Assembly: GCF_003918875.1 (NCBI RefSeq)
Contig: NW_025767111.1
Location: 806,001 to 870,000 of the forward strand
Direction: 5' to 3'
DNA from: Haliotis rubra
Lineage: Eukaryota
Length of the DNA: 64,000 nucleotides
This document shows, in pieces, positions 47,043 through 60,000 of this stretch. The notes under the pieces are model-generated. The model saw nothing but the letters and a program-made list of their open reading frames with translations. It was not told where the DNA came from and did not search any database. The position numbers and the translations under genes were made by a program. The stretch's first letter is position 1. Each line of letters begins with the position of its first letter.

Positions 47043-48837
47043 TACTCCTCACAAAAAGTTAAGCAACATATTGTTTAGTCTCATAACATTTTCATATATT
47101 GAAATTGCAAATCATTGAATGATGCAATAGAAAGGTGAAACGTCTGTACACACGATTAGCCAAATGATATGAAAAGTTATTGAGCAATAATAGACTTATA
47201 AATCATCAAAAGCATGTACCCGCGAACAGTCGTGCAAAATGTGCTGCATTGATAGAGCAAAATGTAAACATTACAGTTCAAGTCAGTTTTGTACAGCGAT
47301 GCTGTGTTCAGTAACGCGTATGACCACCAACGGCACGAATGTAAGCTTCTGCACGTCTTGGCATTGGCCAAATGAGCCTATCAAGTTGCTGTTGTGGAAT
47401 GTTCTGCCATTCTCTCTATCACGCCTGCTCAAGTTGATCTAGAGTCTGGGGGCGAACATGGAGACCGTCAACATGCCTTCTAAGCATGTCCCATGCATGT
47501 TCAATAGCATTAAGATCTGGTGACCTTGTGGGCCATTCCATATGTGTGATGTTGTTGATCTGAAGCACAGGGTCGTGTCACGCTTAGAAACAGCGTTAGA
47601 AAGACATATATGTATATAGACCCTACCCTAGTACTATATAAAAGGACATCATTACCAAGTCCTGCTCGATGTTCCATAAAGATGAAGTTAGGACCCGCTT
47701 GTTGTGCTAGAGGAATGATTACAGGTGTGACAATTTCATTCCTGTATCGTACACCAGTGATGGTACCCCGTCTAATGACCACAAGACCAGTTCTCTGCCC
47801 AACTCTGATGCCACCCCATACCATCAAACTTCCACCACAGTAATGATCGTGTTCAGCAATTGAACAGTTCGGATATCGTTCATTGCTGTTTCTCCAGACA
47901 CGTGCCCTACCATCGTTGAAGTCCAGGCAGAATTGACCCTCCAATTACGGTATTGATCTGCCAAAGTGTGGTGTCCGAGTGGGAACAAACACTATTTTCT
48001 TTCAGAAAGCACTTTAATCTATAAGAAATGTCACAATACATGAGCCACGCGACGGACGATCTACCCTGCAGCCGGGGCATGTCTACAATCGGACTCTGCA
48101 TTCGGCACCTACACTACCCACCTTCCAAAACACGATAATAGTGACTATGATTAAACCCTAGTTACAACACAAAGTTAAGCCTAAACTGTCGATGATGTGC
48201 AGGCAAGGGAAAGCGTTGTAGGGGTCGTCTGAACCACCTTCAGCATGAAGCCTGTTTCTTACTCTCTGTGTTGTAACCCTGTTTCCTGAAACTCTGAAGG
48301 TCAGAGTTTGGACGTGGTAAACCTGTTTCTCCGGGCGAGTGTGTCCAAATAACGATCTTCTAGAGGACGACCTGTACGTGGCCCCTCTGTCATGAGTCCA
48401 GTTTGGTGGTATCGAGTCATCGCTCTTGAAATCACGCTGCGGTGAACATTAAAATGATTTGCAACAGCAGTTTGGGTCATACCCCCTTGTACCATTCCCA
48501 CTGCCTGAGCCACCTCATTTGCCGTTAAGTGACGCCTAACCATGTTTCAAATGGTATGGTCAAAGGATTCTCCTTACTGGCAGTTTTTAACCGATCAGAG
48601 CTCATGTGTGAAGAGTGGAGCACGTGCATGCCACACATTTTGCATGTTGTTTCTGAGGGTGGCTGTGTTCGGGTGATGTTGTCAATGTTATCAGATAAAT
48701 CAATCTGACAGTCACTAAAGGTTATGTATTTGCTGAAAATTTACCTGTCATTAACATGTCGCCAAAAATCGCAATCGAGATTGATAAAGATATCATACTG
48801 AAAATAAAACTTGTTGCTTAATATTTTGTGATGAGTA
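47043..48837 (-). mobile_element. Tc1-like transposon, degenerate
   Basis: TIRs TACTCCTCACAAAAAGTTAAGCAACA / TGTTGCTTAATATTTTGTGATGAGTA in TA context. Transposase fragments: MVRRHLTANEVAQAVG...GPRTGRP, DGRARVWR, GGSLMVWGGI, and [15 protein letters not shown]. Confidence 0.9.
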
Positions 48838-49479
48838 TATATGATGCGACGTTTCGGTATAGATTCTTATACCGCTGACAAGCAAGAGTGACAATGGTAT
48901 AAGATTCTAAACGTCGCATCATACATAATATAGACGTTGTCCTCCATAAATTATCTTACTATATTATTGCTCACCAACTTCTAAAATGCAAATCAAACAT
49001 ATCCGTATTTGATAATGTATATTTCGAAATTTGTACTAGATAGTCCTTAATAACATGTGGCTATATAATCTTTAAACTATTTTCGTCTATATCAGCATAT
49101 CTAGGACAAGTATACAAAAAATGAAACTCTTCTTCCACATTTTGTTTTCAATATCTAAAATGGCGGGGTATACCTTCCTGTTCACCAATGTTCTGACTAA
49201 CATGAAGTGCAGTAATTCTTAGTAAGGTTATTTATTTCCCAGTAGGCCATACGCTTATACTGAATTCTTAATAGATAAGGTTAAAGTTAAAACATGGCTG
49301 TATGCAAGTCAATGGATGTGATATTATGCATATAAGAAAGGACTGGAACTAATCAGGTCTGGAGCAGACAATCCATCTGCACAATTGGTATACGATTACA
49401 TGCAGCGTCAGCGAGCCTGACCTACCGATGCCGTCAGTTGCCAAGCATGGATTGATGGGGACCAATTCCAAACATGTGT

Positions 49480-50212
49480 AGAGGTACTGTTGAAGCAAGT
49501 CTACTGATCATGTTGAGGTAACTGTTGAAGTAAGTCTACTGATGATGTTGAGGTACTGTTGAAGCAAGTCTACTGGTGATGTTGAGGTACTGTAGAAGCA
49601 AGTCTACTGATGATGTTGAGGTACTGTTGAAACAAGTCTACTGATGATGTTGAGTTACTGTTGAAGCAAGTCTACTGATGATGTTGAGGTACTGTTGAAG
49701 CAAGTCTACTGCTGATTTTGAGGTACTGTTGAAGCAAGTCTACTGGTGATGTTGAGGTACTGTTGAAGCAAGTCTACTGGTGATGTTGGGGTACTGTTGA
49801 AGCAAGTCTACTGATGATGTTGAGGTACTGTTGAAACAAGTCTACTGATGATGTTGAGTTACTGTTGAAGCAAGTCTACTGATGATGTTGAGGTACTGTT
49901 GAAGCAAGTCTACTGCTGATTTTGAGGTACTGTTGAAGCAAGTCTACTGGTGATGTTGAGATACTGTTGAAGCAAGTCTACTGATGATGTTGAGGTACTG
50001 TTGAAGCAAGTCTACTGATGATGTTGAGGTACTGTTGAAGCAAGTCTACTGGTGATGTTTAGGTACTGTTGAAGCAAGTCTACTGGTGATGTTGAGATAC
50101 TGTTGAAGCAAGTCTACTGATGATGTTGAGGTACTGTTGAAGCAAGTCTACTGATGATGTTGAGGTACTGTTGAAGCAAGTCTACTGGTGATGTTTAGGT
50201 ACTGTTGAAGTA
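49480..50212. repeat. 34-bp minisatellite, ~21 copies
   Basis: Unit GTTGAGGTACTGTTGAAGCAAGTCTACTGATGAT. Confidence 0.96.
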
Positions 50213-52884
50213 ATGTTGAAGAAGCTGATGATGTAATTATGTTATAGATGAGTAGCCAAGACAGCTATTCACGCACGTGTTTTGTAGTCTTTTATCTGAA
50301 AACAGGTGTTCACTGGGGCCGGGTCTGGTGAACTCACGTGGGGTGATAGAAGTTGGTATCCAAGTTACATTGCAAAGTAGTATGAACTGAAACATTGTCC
50401 TGTTGGAAACACCCTGATGAAGTTTGTCGAAACAAAACAAATTGAAGAGAACTCCATATCATCATCATCATCATCATCACCGCCACCACCACCTTATATG
50501 CAGTGTGTAAAATACATCTCTAGTTGTAAGAATTGAGAAAACAAAACAGAAGTCGAACTGTGTTTGATGAGTCTTTTAGTGAAAAGATATACAACACATG
50601 CGTCCACATAACAGCCCGCATGCAATACACCTTGTACATCGAGATGTCAGCTGCTGTATCTACAACTGGTCATGTCACACACAGACGACATAGGACATAA
50701 TCTCACTTAATCTCACAATTTACCGTGGGCATGGATTAGGGATGTCACGATACAGGGACCTCACGATATGATACATCTCGCTGCTGAGGTCAAGATACAA
50801 CATTTCGGACATTTTGCGCATGACAAGCAGGCATTACCTGGGTGGCAAGCTCATACGATAGCTCACCAGTGACCGAACAATTTGGTAGAGATAATTTTCG
50901 TTTTGTCTCTGTTTACACACAAATTATGTTGGTCAGAAAATATGTCTAATTCATCTATTTCTTTCTGTAAACCGCTAACAGTACTAGAGAATAATACGTT
51001 ATCATCGGCAAAGAGTAGCAGACACAGTTGTATTGTATCTGGGTATTGTATCTTGTACATATTTGCACTGCCAATTCATTAATAAAAAACATGAAAAGGA
51101 AAGGGCTTAAAATACAGCCTTGTCTAACACCTAGTTCACTAATAAAAGGTTCATAATAAAAGGATAATTCATGCTTATTCCTTACACACACTTTAACATT
51201 TTCTTGTATAGTCGTCAACATTTTTTTCATTTTACTAGTAAGGCCGTGCGATTGCAGAAGTCCCCATAGTTTATTCCGCTACACAGAATCAAAAGCTTTT
51301 GCAAAATCCACGAATAATGCTCCACCTTTTGAGCTGAGATATCTTTGCATTAGACTATGCAGTATAAAGATATTATCTGTTGTTGTATATCTCTCCCTAA
51401 AGCCCGCTTGACCCTCGTATATCTGATCCACGACGTCAGCCCATTTAACTAATTTTTTGTTGATAATATAGTAAAACAACTTGCAAAATGTACTAAGTAC
51501 AGTTATTCCACGGTAGTTATTGTTATCTTTAGGATCACCCTGTTTATAGATTGGTACAAGAATGTCAATTGACCAAGATTCAGGAAAGTTCTGTGTCGTG
51601 AATAATGTTAAATATAAGCTCAAGATGGAAGTAAAAGATCAGATGAATGTTTGAAAAATTCCGGGAGGATGTTGTCTATTACTGGTGATTTATTACACTT
51701 TAGATATTGTATACTATTTAATATTTCATCTCTACTTATTGGGGCATCTGATATGTGAACAGACTCAGTATCGTTCATACAGTCATTTCTATATGGATCC
51801 GGGTTGTTATCAGAGGTGGAGAATAGTGACTGAAAGTAATTGAGCCATTCGTCGATTTCAATGTTGTTGTTTTGACTATTCTTAGGATTTAGTACTTTAA
51901 GAATTATTTGGGATCATTTATATTATTTTCTAGTTTTTTTTCTTTTCTGTTCCATAAATACCTTTCTCTTTTCCTTGCAAGTTGAATTATATCTATTTCT
52001 AGCTTTGTGATAACTCTCCTGGGATTGCAAGGTCTTATCTTTTCGGAAGAGGTTTAAGAAATTTACACCTTTCTTTGTTCAAATGATCACATTCATTATC
52101 ATACCAGGTATTCGTATTATGTTTTTCTGAAAAGGGGCGTATCCGTTTTTTCATATCTGAAGCAGCTCGACACAATACTTCTACGACATAATCTACACAT
52201 TGACTTATATCAGTGAACGCTACATCAACAGATTTATCAAATAAGTCTGGTATTTTAGATAGTAAATTAATGCTGACTTGCGACAGCACCGTATTGTATG
52301 CTTCATGATCAGATTTAGATTACCGCTTATAGTCTTTGACTGTACTAGTGGGCGATGCGCACGTAAATCTAAGGTTAACGGGAGATGAAAAGACTCTGCT
52401 TTGAAATAGTAGGTATGACAAAATCTAATACTTTGTGAAATAGATGTGCAGAAGCTAAGATATAATCTTTACCACATCTGCCATTCATAATGTGTGTATT
52501 TGAAATGCTACATACATCTAAGAGATACCTACCAAAATGGTTGACGACTTTGTCACAGGAGAACCGTTCTAGGTTAAAATAATCTCACATGGAATGATCT
52601 TTACTTTCCGTATGATATATAATGTCATCATCAACAAAGTCGGGAAGTGTAGCTGTCCGAGCATTACAATCACCCCCACAAAGCAAGTATATACCTGGTA
52701 GATCAGACATGACATCCAACAGTTTCTCCTAGAAAAGTGAAGTACCATTTTCACAATGTCCACTCAATTTCTCAAACCAATAAGATCCCTCCGGTTGTAT
52801 ATATACACAGCTATATAAAAGAGCTCTTCGATGTCAAACTGATTTCTCAAATAATGTAAAAATTCCGTAGTATCATAATATCTA

Positions 52885-54401
52885 CACTAAACGCCAAAAG
52901 AAACGTTACCCTCCTATCTTTATGAATTACTTAAAAACTATCAAAGATGTTAGAAGGTATTAGCTTACAAGAAAGCTTAACAACACAGTTTTTATGCAAA
53001 TGACGAAAAAACATTCTCAAATGCATTCATATTTAGGTGAAATGCATCTTTTTCAGAAGAGTTCAATTGTCCTATGTTCGACCATGCTGAAATAAGCCAA
53101 TAACAGTGATTTAGATGTCCAAAAGAAAGGTTGAAAGAAAATTCTGCTTTGAAACAAAGATATACATTGAAAGTCACCATTTCAACTATTATAACAAGAA
53201 ACAACTGTTGTAGAGTGTGTAAAATTGTAAAAGAATAATTCATATGATTTCAGTCTTTTAAAACATTTTCTGCTGATTTGCATTAGTGAAAACATGCACA
53301 ACGTGTCTTTGATATTGTGAAAAAGTCTTTAGGAACACCTAAAATTATCCTTCATAACATTTTTGCTCGCAAAGGGACATTTTTCCATTTTCAGTTTACA
53401 CATTGCAAAATCAATCGCCAAAACGTAGCAATAGTCAAGCAGTATTTACATCAATTTCATGTGTATAATGATTCTTTACGGTATAAAGAGTGCCTAGAAT
53501 GCATGATATGACACACAATTACGAGAAATATGCCACGACTAACAGAGAGAGAGAGAGGGGAAGAGCCATTGAGATGGTGCAGATGGGGTCGACGTACAAT
53601 GCAGTTGCCAACGCCCTCGGATGCCACCGTATCACCGTTATAAGACTTAAGCAGCGCTACAGACAGACTGGGGTCACCGTAGACAGACCGAGAAGTGGAC
53701 GTCCACACATCACAACGCCAGCTGAAGATAGGTACACCTGAGGAACAGATTTCTATCGGCGACGTCGTCAGCAAGGACAGCTCTGGTACGTCAAATCAGA
53801 TCGACGACAGATCGTCACCCAAACACGCTTCCCCAACAGAACAATGCACTCCCTCACGTAGCAAGAATGACGACAAACTTCTTCAACGCCAACAACGTCA
53901 ACGTTTTGCCATGGCCTTCAAGATCGCCAGACATGAACCCCATAGAACATTTGTGGGACTATCTATATAGATGGCAGGGATCGTTCGCGTCAACAACAGC
54001 CCGCAAGAGCCCGCAACTGATCACTGCTTTGAGAGAAGAATGGCGTCGTATTCCAGCCGCCTTCACCAGAAGATTGACATTTTCTGTGAGGAGACGTGTT
54101 CTGGCATGATTGCATGCCAATGGTGGCCATACTAGATATTGAAAAAGTCGTGAAATAACAAAATTATGAAATTTACATTGTTTTGTTGTCTTTTTGTGTC
54201 GGATCGACAACTTGACTTTGTAATTAACCAACTATATCATTGCAGCAGCAGAAAAATCAACCAATGTTCTCAAATCTTTAGTGACTATATGGTTCCATAT
54301 TGTTTGGCTATAAAATGCAGCAGAAGGTTTCATCCTCACTTGAGTAGATTTTCAGAAATTCATTAAGGAAGGAGGGTAACGTTTCTTTTGGCGTTTTAGT
54401 G
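52885..54401 (+). mobile_element. Tc1-like transposon, internally deleted, nested in the LINE
   Basis: ~31-bp TIRs CACTAAACGCCAAAAGAAACGTTACCCTCCT with TA TSDs; HTH ERGRAIEMVQMG...DRPRSGRP and WPSRSPDMNPIEHLWD; most of the DDE region is missing. Confidence 0.92.
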
Positions 54402-55399
54402 TATATTTTGACAGTAACAAATCAGATTTAAATAAATAAGGAGACCCATTGAGATAGGTGATTCAGAACCTTAGGGTATCGAGACTTGCTTCATTAAGGG
54501 CTTTAGCACTGCTGAAAGGGCTTGACAGAAGGGAAAAGATGTGGTTCAGGAGCTGTGAGATCGACTAGATTAAAGGTTTAGATGTCGATGTTTACGGATT
54601 TATTAACGATGCATTGACATGACATAAATGTTGTGATGTTATAAGTTTAACTGGGTCATCAAAAGGTAGGACACACATGCACTTATTTTCACAAAGGCAC
54701 ACCTAAATTATCTGTATGGCACCCTTAACAAATTGCAGTTCTATCCCTGGCCAGTAACGTGTATAAGTATATGTCTAGTAAATAGGTGGTACTGTCAGCC
54801 GAAGTTCCTGTGGTACAATAATATACTTTGGGATGACCACAAACTCTGAAATGATCAATTTCAAGGCCCATAGATCATGTGAATATGAACAATGTTAGAA
54901 CAAAGTTTAGATAGTTGACTACCGGGCTATTCATCAAATTATCCAAAAGCCTGAGTAAAACATTTCCCAATCTGAACATGATTGTCATTTGTATGAAATT
55001 GATTTTATTGAAAAACTTAAAATAATAAGAAAAGGGATATATATAAACTGAGATATCATGCTAAAACTTTAGATCAATGTTATTGTTACAACATGATGTC
55101 CATAGGGGTGCCGTTTTCCAAATGACCATGTTTGGCAGCTTGACTCCTGAGAGTGTCTTGGACTTCAGTGCTGCCCCACAACGAAGCACAGGTGAAACAT
55201 ATTGTCTCACCTTAGGCCTCTGTTCACCCAGCAGAAAATGGGTACCCGGTGAGATAAGTCATGTGACAATAACGTTCTTGTGCCTAACAGGCAGCTTGGG
55301 TTATCCGGGGTAATAATGGTAGGTATAGATAGATCGTCTTTATTTCCTCCAAAATTGAAGATACATATACATGATTCAGCAGATGTTACATTTTACAAA

Positions 55400-55960
55400 G
55401 TACAAGTGTATGAACGTTATAAAATACAAAAACATTTGAAAATATGTATATATAGGGGGATGTGAATCTAGTAACGTATAGAAAAGCAGTTTCCATTCAT
55501 GAACATTCCACAAGCTTTACTTGTGGTTTTCATACATTGAATCCATAGATAAGTATCAAGATCTCTAATGTTATCATTTGGCTCTCCTCCAAGTAGAAAA
55601 CTAATCAATACATCATCATCATCACATCATCATCATCATCATCATCATCATTATTCCAAACACGTAAGAGAGCTAAATAGTCGCTCTCTGTTACATTCCG
55701 TTTGTGGACAAAACAGAAATACATGTTTTACAATATCATAAGCATATGCGCCACAAGCATTCTTTAGATTGTATAGCGAATGTGCTGACACGTATAAGGT
55801 AAGATATGTCATAGAAATAATCTGAATCATTAAGAGTTATTAAACAAAGTCTGTGACGAGCAGCTGGATTGCGTAAGAGAGTGTATCTGTGGAGATTGAA
55901 TCTGTAGTTAAGTTCAGAGGTAACGACATTTGCTTGAAATTAAGATAAGTGTCAACATAT
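55400..55960 (-). mobile_element. Possible decayed 3' end of another non-LTR retrotransposon
   Basis: Minus-strand remnants such as DIVKHVFLFCPQT and LISFLLGG resemble LINE C-termini. Confidence 0.35.
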
Positions 55961-56862
55961 TCCGTAAGACCATATTTACAGGTAAGATATATAACACTTG
56001 GTGTAAAGGAGAGGATTTACACTTCAGCATGTTTTGCATACTATACTATACTGCTGTCATAACTACTGAAAACAAGCCACTGACTGTCCCTGATGTGTCT
56101 TAATCTCAAAATAAAGGAATGTACTATTGTAGACCATTTTTGCAATATTTTCTAGAAGTATCCATTCAAAGCCTAAGATATACCATATACATGAGTATAA
56201 TGTTTCCAATCACAGGCATTACTCCAGGTGTTTCACCCCTGACAACCAGGTCATGACATAAGTTCAGTGACTATCGCTCAGGTGAGCTAAGGTACACCAA
56301 AAATAAATTCTGTAAAAATGAATACAAATACCTCAAAGTTAATTTCTTTATGAAGTTCAAAGAGGATTTGCTGAAGAACAAAATACATATAAAGGTTTTG
56401 ACACTCCGATGTCAGGTCTAACCAAATATCACATTACGCTTCCACACAAACAATCTCAACCATTCATATGCCACAAAGATGATGTCTGAAACATCCAACC
56501 AAATAAACTATACAAAATCAACAAAATGATGTTGAACAACTGTTGAATAAAACTGTAGTCACTTGTCATATACTATACAGTTCCACTGTACAACCATTTT
56601 GAATTACTCATTGTCAGCAGCAGTACATCTGTCCCTGATGAAAGTAAGATGATGGTTTATTTCAAGTTCTATCTATCTTAAACAACATTCTTAGCTTTGC
56701 ATGCTGCTCTATACTAAACCACTTATCCCCACATCAACACAACAAATATATACAAAACTATAGTCCTCTGATTAGGTGCACCCGTATATGGTGAGTGGAG
56801 CTTCCGTTTGTACTGCCACAAAGTCTACATACACCAATATGTCGCTCATACTGGAAGATGTA

Positions 56863-57013
56863 TTATTTGAGCTTCTTGAGGCGACGCAGCTGTATATAGG
56901 ACAGAAATAGAAAGCCGAGGGAGAGAGCTGCCAGTGCCACCTGGGGTACCCACAAGTCCCATGTCGTCTCGTAGGCAATACCTTGCTGGCTGAGATACTC
57001 ATCCCCTGTTGTG
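56863..57013 (-). CDS. ABCG2: ABCG2-like B, last coding exon
   Basis: (C)TTGDEYLSQQGIAYETTWDLWVPQVALAALSLGFLFLSYIQLRRLKKLK*. Confidence 0.93.
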
Positions 57014-60000
57014 CTGTGGGAACATACACATCCATTGGCATACAACTGACAAACATACATATTACCAGGTAAACAGGATGCCCACTACAGTTTAAAGAAA
57101 TGGTTTTGATGTGAGAAGGCCTGTTTCTACTGTGATCGGACTGGTTTCAGTGAGTGTACATGAGCCAGACAATTTTTCGGTACCACTCAGAGGGACCAAA
57201 CACTTTGATGTTTTTTGAACTTGTTATGGCCTCTAGACATAAAAAAATGTATGCTGGCCATGTCGGTTTGATAGCTCATATTCAGGACGAGTGAGAGCAC
57301 CTACAAGTTCCTTAAATTGGTTAGTGATAGTCACTGTTCTGCATCAAAGGTATCAAACAACACAACTTGATATTAATTAAATATTTTTAATCATGTTACC
57401 ACCATTTTACATCCCTTTTTTCATGTCCAACCTATTTGTTGATCTTTACTCATGATAAAAGCTTGGAATTGACATTTTTGGGGTTTTGGGCGTCCATCTT
57501 GGATTTAGCCTCGTCCTGACTCTGAGCTAGGTCTCTTTGAGTGGTACCAAATGTCAAATTTCGGCTCCTGGCCCATGGTCTACTGGGTGTTACGTCACCC
57601 TTGACACACTGGTCACACAGATCCAGCTGATGGGATACGAGATTTATACACACTGCTGATATAAAAGCATCACTGGTTGTTTGAAAAGACATACCTAAGG
57701 CCACAACAAATATATTTTCATCACAAATCACTTTACAATACGAGGTGGATGCCGAATGCTTGTGACAAATCAAGCCTCAATTACTTGCTCATTACACTTT
57801 AAGCTGGAAGACAGTTTTAGTACACTAACTTAGTTCTACCCAAAGTAATGTTGTATAGATTCGTAAAGTAATATACTCACCAAGTACCATTTGACCCATT
57901 GTCACAGAAAACCTCACCAGAGAGCTCATTGATGCTGAGAGCCTGGAACAACCACACACAGAGGTGATCATTCAGTAGGGATTCAAGTACACACAAAGTG
58001 ACGATCAACTAAACATCATTCATCAGGGAGACAAGCACTCACATGTGACAATCAACTAAACATTGTTCATCATGTAGAGTTTACTCCCCAAAGTTAGACG
58101 TCCCAAAAGTCAGACAAATCAATCAGGCGTGACTGTGATTACAACCTAGTCTTACCCACTCATATAATGATCCTGCCCCATACATTAACGAGATGGTTTT
58201 CACGTTTGTACAGAAATACTTTGATCAGAATATTAATGTTGACTGGGTTCTCCAAATGTGTTTTCACAATGTTCAATTTTATCATAACAGGATTATAGAT
58301 TTTGCATACTTGTTTTCACAACGTTCACTTTGATAAAAACAAGATTATGAATTTCGCATGCTTGTTTTCACAACCTTCCCTTTGATCAAAACAAGATTAT
58401 AGATTTTGCATGCTTGTTTTTACGATGTTCACTTTGATCAAAACATGATTATACATTTGTTTTATGTTGTTGAGTTTCCATTAACCTAAAGGAGTTACTT
58501 CCTTCCTAGCATTGTTTTTCAAGCATAAACAATATAAAATATAGAAAGAAGTACAGGGTGTAGGGTTAACATTCAATTATAACTGGCAAATAATAGGAAA
58601 ACATTATCCACTCTACCAAATTCAACACTATCTACACAAAATCAACCTTCATCCTAAAGGTAAATTTATCACTTGCCAAATTCCTGAAAAAATAGCCCAC
58701 ACTATCTTAATTGCTCAAAATATAATAAACAAAGAACCCCATTAACCAATGCTTTAAAACAGTACCCCAATAATGCTAACTCTTCTGATCTCAACATTCT
58801 AACAAACCCCAAATTAATTAAAACAATCACTAAATATCTTATTCATACAAAATGATATCAAACAATCTAGAAACAAAAACAATAATACAATAATTCCACT
58901 TTTCACCATTTTAAAAATTGTTATAAATATATATGTTCTTTTAACTTTCACTCATTTTTTAACCTTTTATTATGTTCATCATTATTCACTTAATAATTAT
59001 GTTTTTAAACATAGGTTGGTTGTAAAGCAACATATTTACAAAAATACAAATTGTTTTGTTTCATGTCAAATAAAGTCATTGTCATTATCCATAATCTCTT
59101 CTCTTTGTGTTTGGATTAGTATATTTGGAGTAGTCCATTAATCAACGAAGGCAACAGTGTAGTGAACCTCAGTGCAATCAGCCATAACCTTCGTTGTTTT
59201 AAAGCGTCTAACTTTTAGGACGTCTAACTTTTGGGAGGCCACCTCAGGGAGACAAGCACTCGCATGTGACAATCAACTAGACATCATTTTTCAGGGAGAC
59301 AAGCACTCGCATGTGGTAATCAACTAAACACCATTCATCAGGAAGACAAGCACTCACATGTGACAATCAACTAAACACCATTCATCAGGGAGACAAGCAC
59401 TCGCATGTGATAATCAACTAAACATCATTCATCAGGGAGACAAGCACTCACATGTGATAATCAACTAAACATCATTCATCAGGGAGACAAGCACTCGCAT
59501 GAGATAATCAACTAAACACCATTCATCAGGGAGACAAGCACTCACATGTGATAATCAACTAAACATCATTCATCAGGGAGACAAGCACTCGCATGAGATA
59601 ATCAACTAAACATCATTCATCAGGGAGACAAGCACTCACGTGTGACAATCAACTAAACAACATTCATCAGGAAGACAAGCACTCGCATGAGATAATCAAC
59701 TAAACATCATTCATCAGGGAGACAAGCACTCGCATGAGATAATCAACTAAACATCATTCATCAGGGAGACAAGCACTCATCAGGAGACATGTGATAATCA
59801 ACTAAACATCATTCATCAGGGAGACAAGCACTCGCATGTGATAATCAACTAAACATCATTCATCAGGGAGACAAGCACTCGCATGAGATAATCAACTAAA
59901 CATCATTCATCAGGGAGACAAGCACTCACCCGTGGTAATCAACTAAACATCATTCATCAGGGAGACAAGCACTCGCATGAGATAATCAACTAAACATCAT

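Larger units (their letters stand above)
48990..54440 (-). mobile_element. Fragmented RTE-X-like non-LTR retrotransposon (APE + RT + 3' end)
   Basis: APE GDCNART at ~52650; RT NYRGITVLS, GQAGFR, FVDFAKAFDSV, GVRQGCILSPFLF, LLFADD (50880-51650); 3' EEEFHFLYTCP at ~49100; interrupted by other repeats. Clade assignment is from motif recall. Confidence 0.8.
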
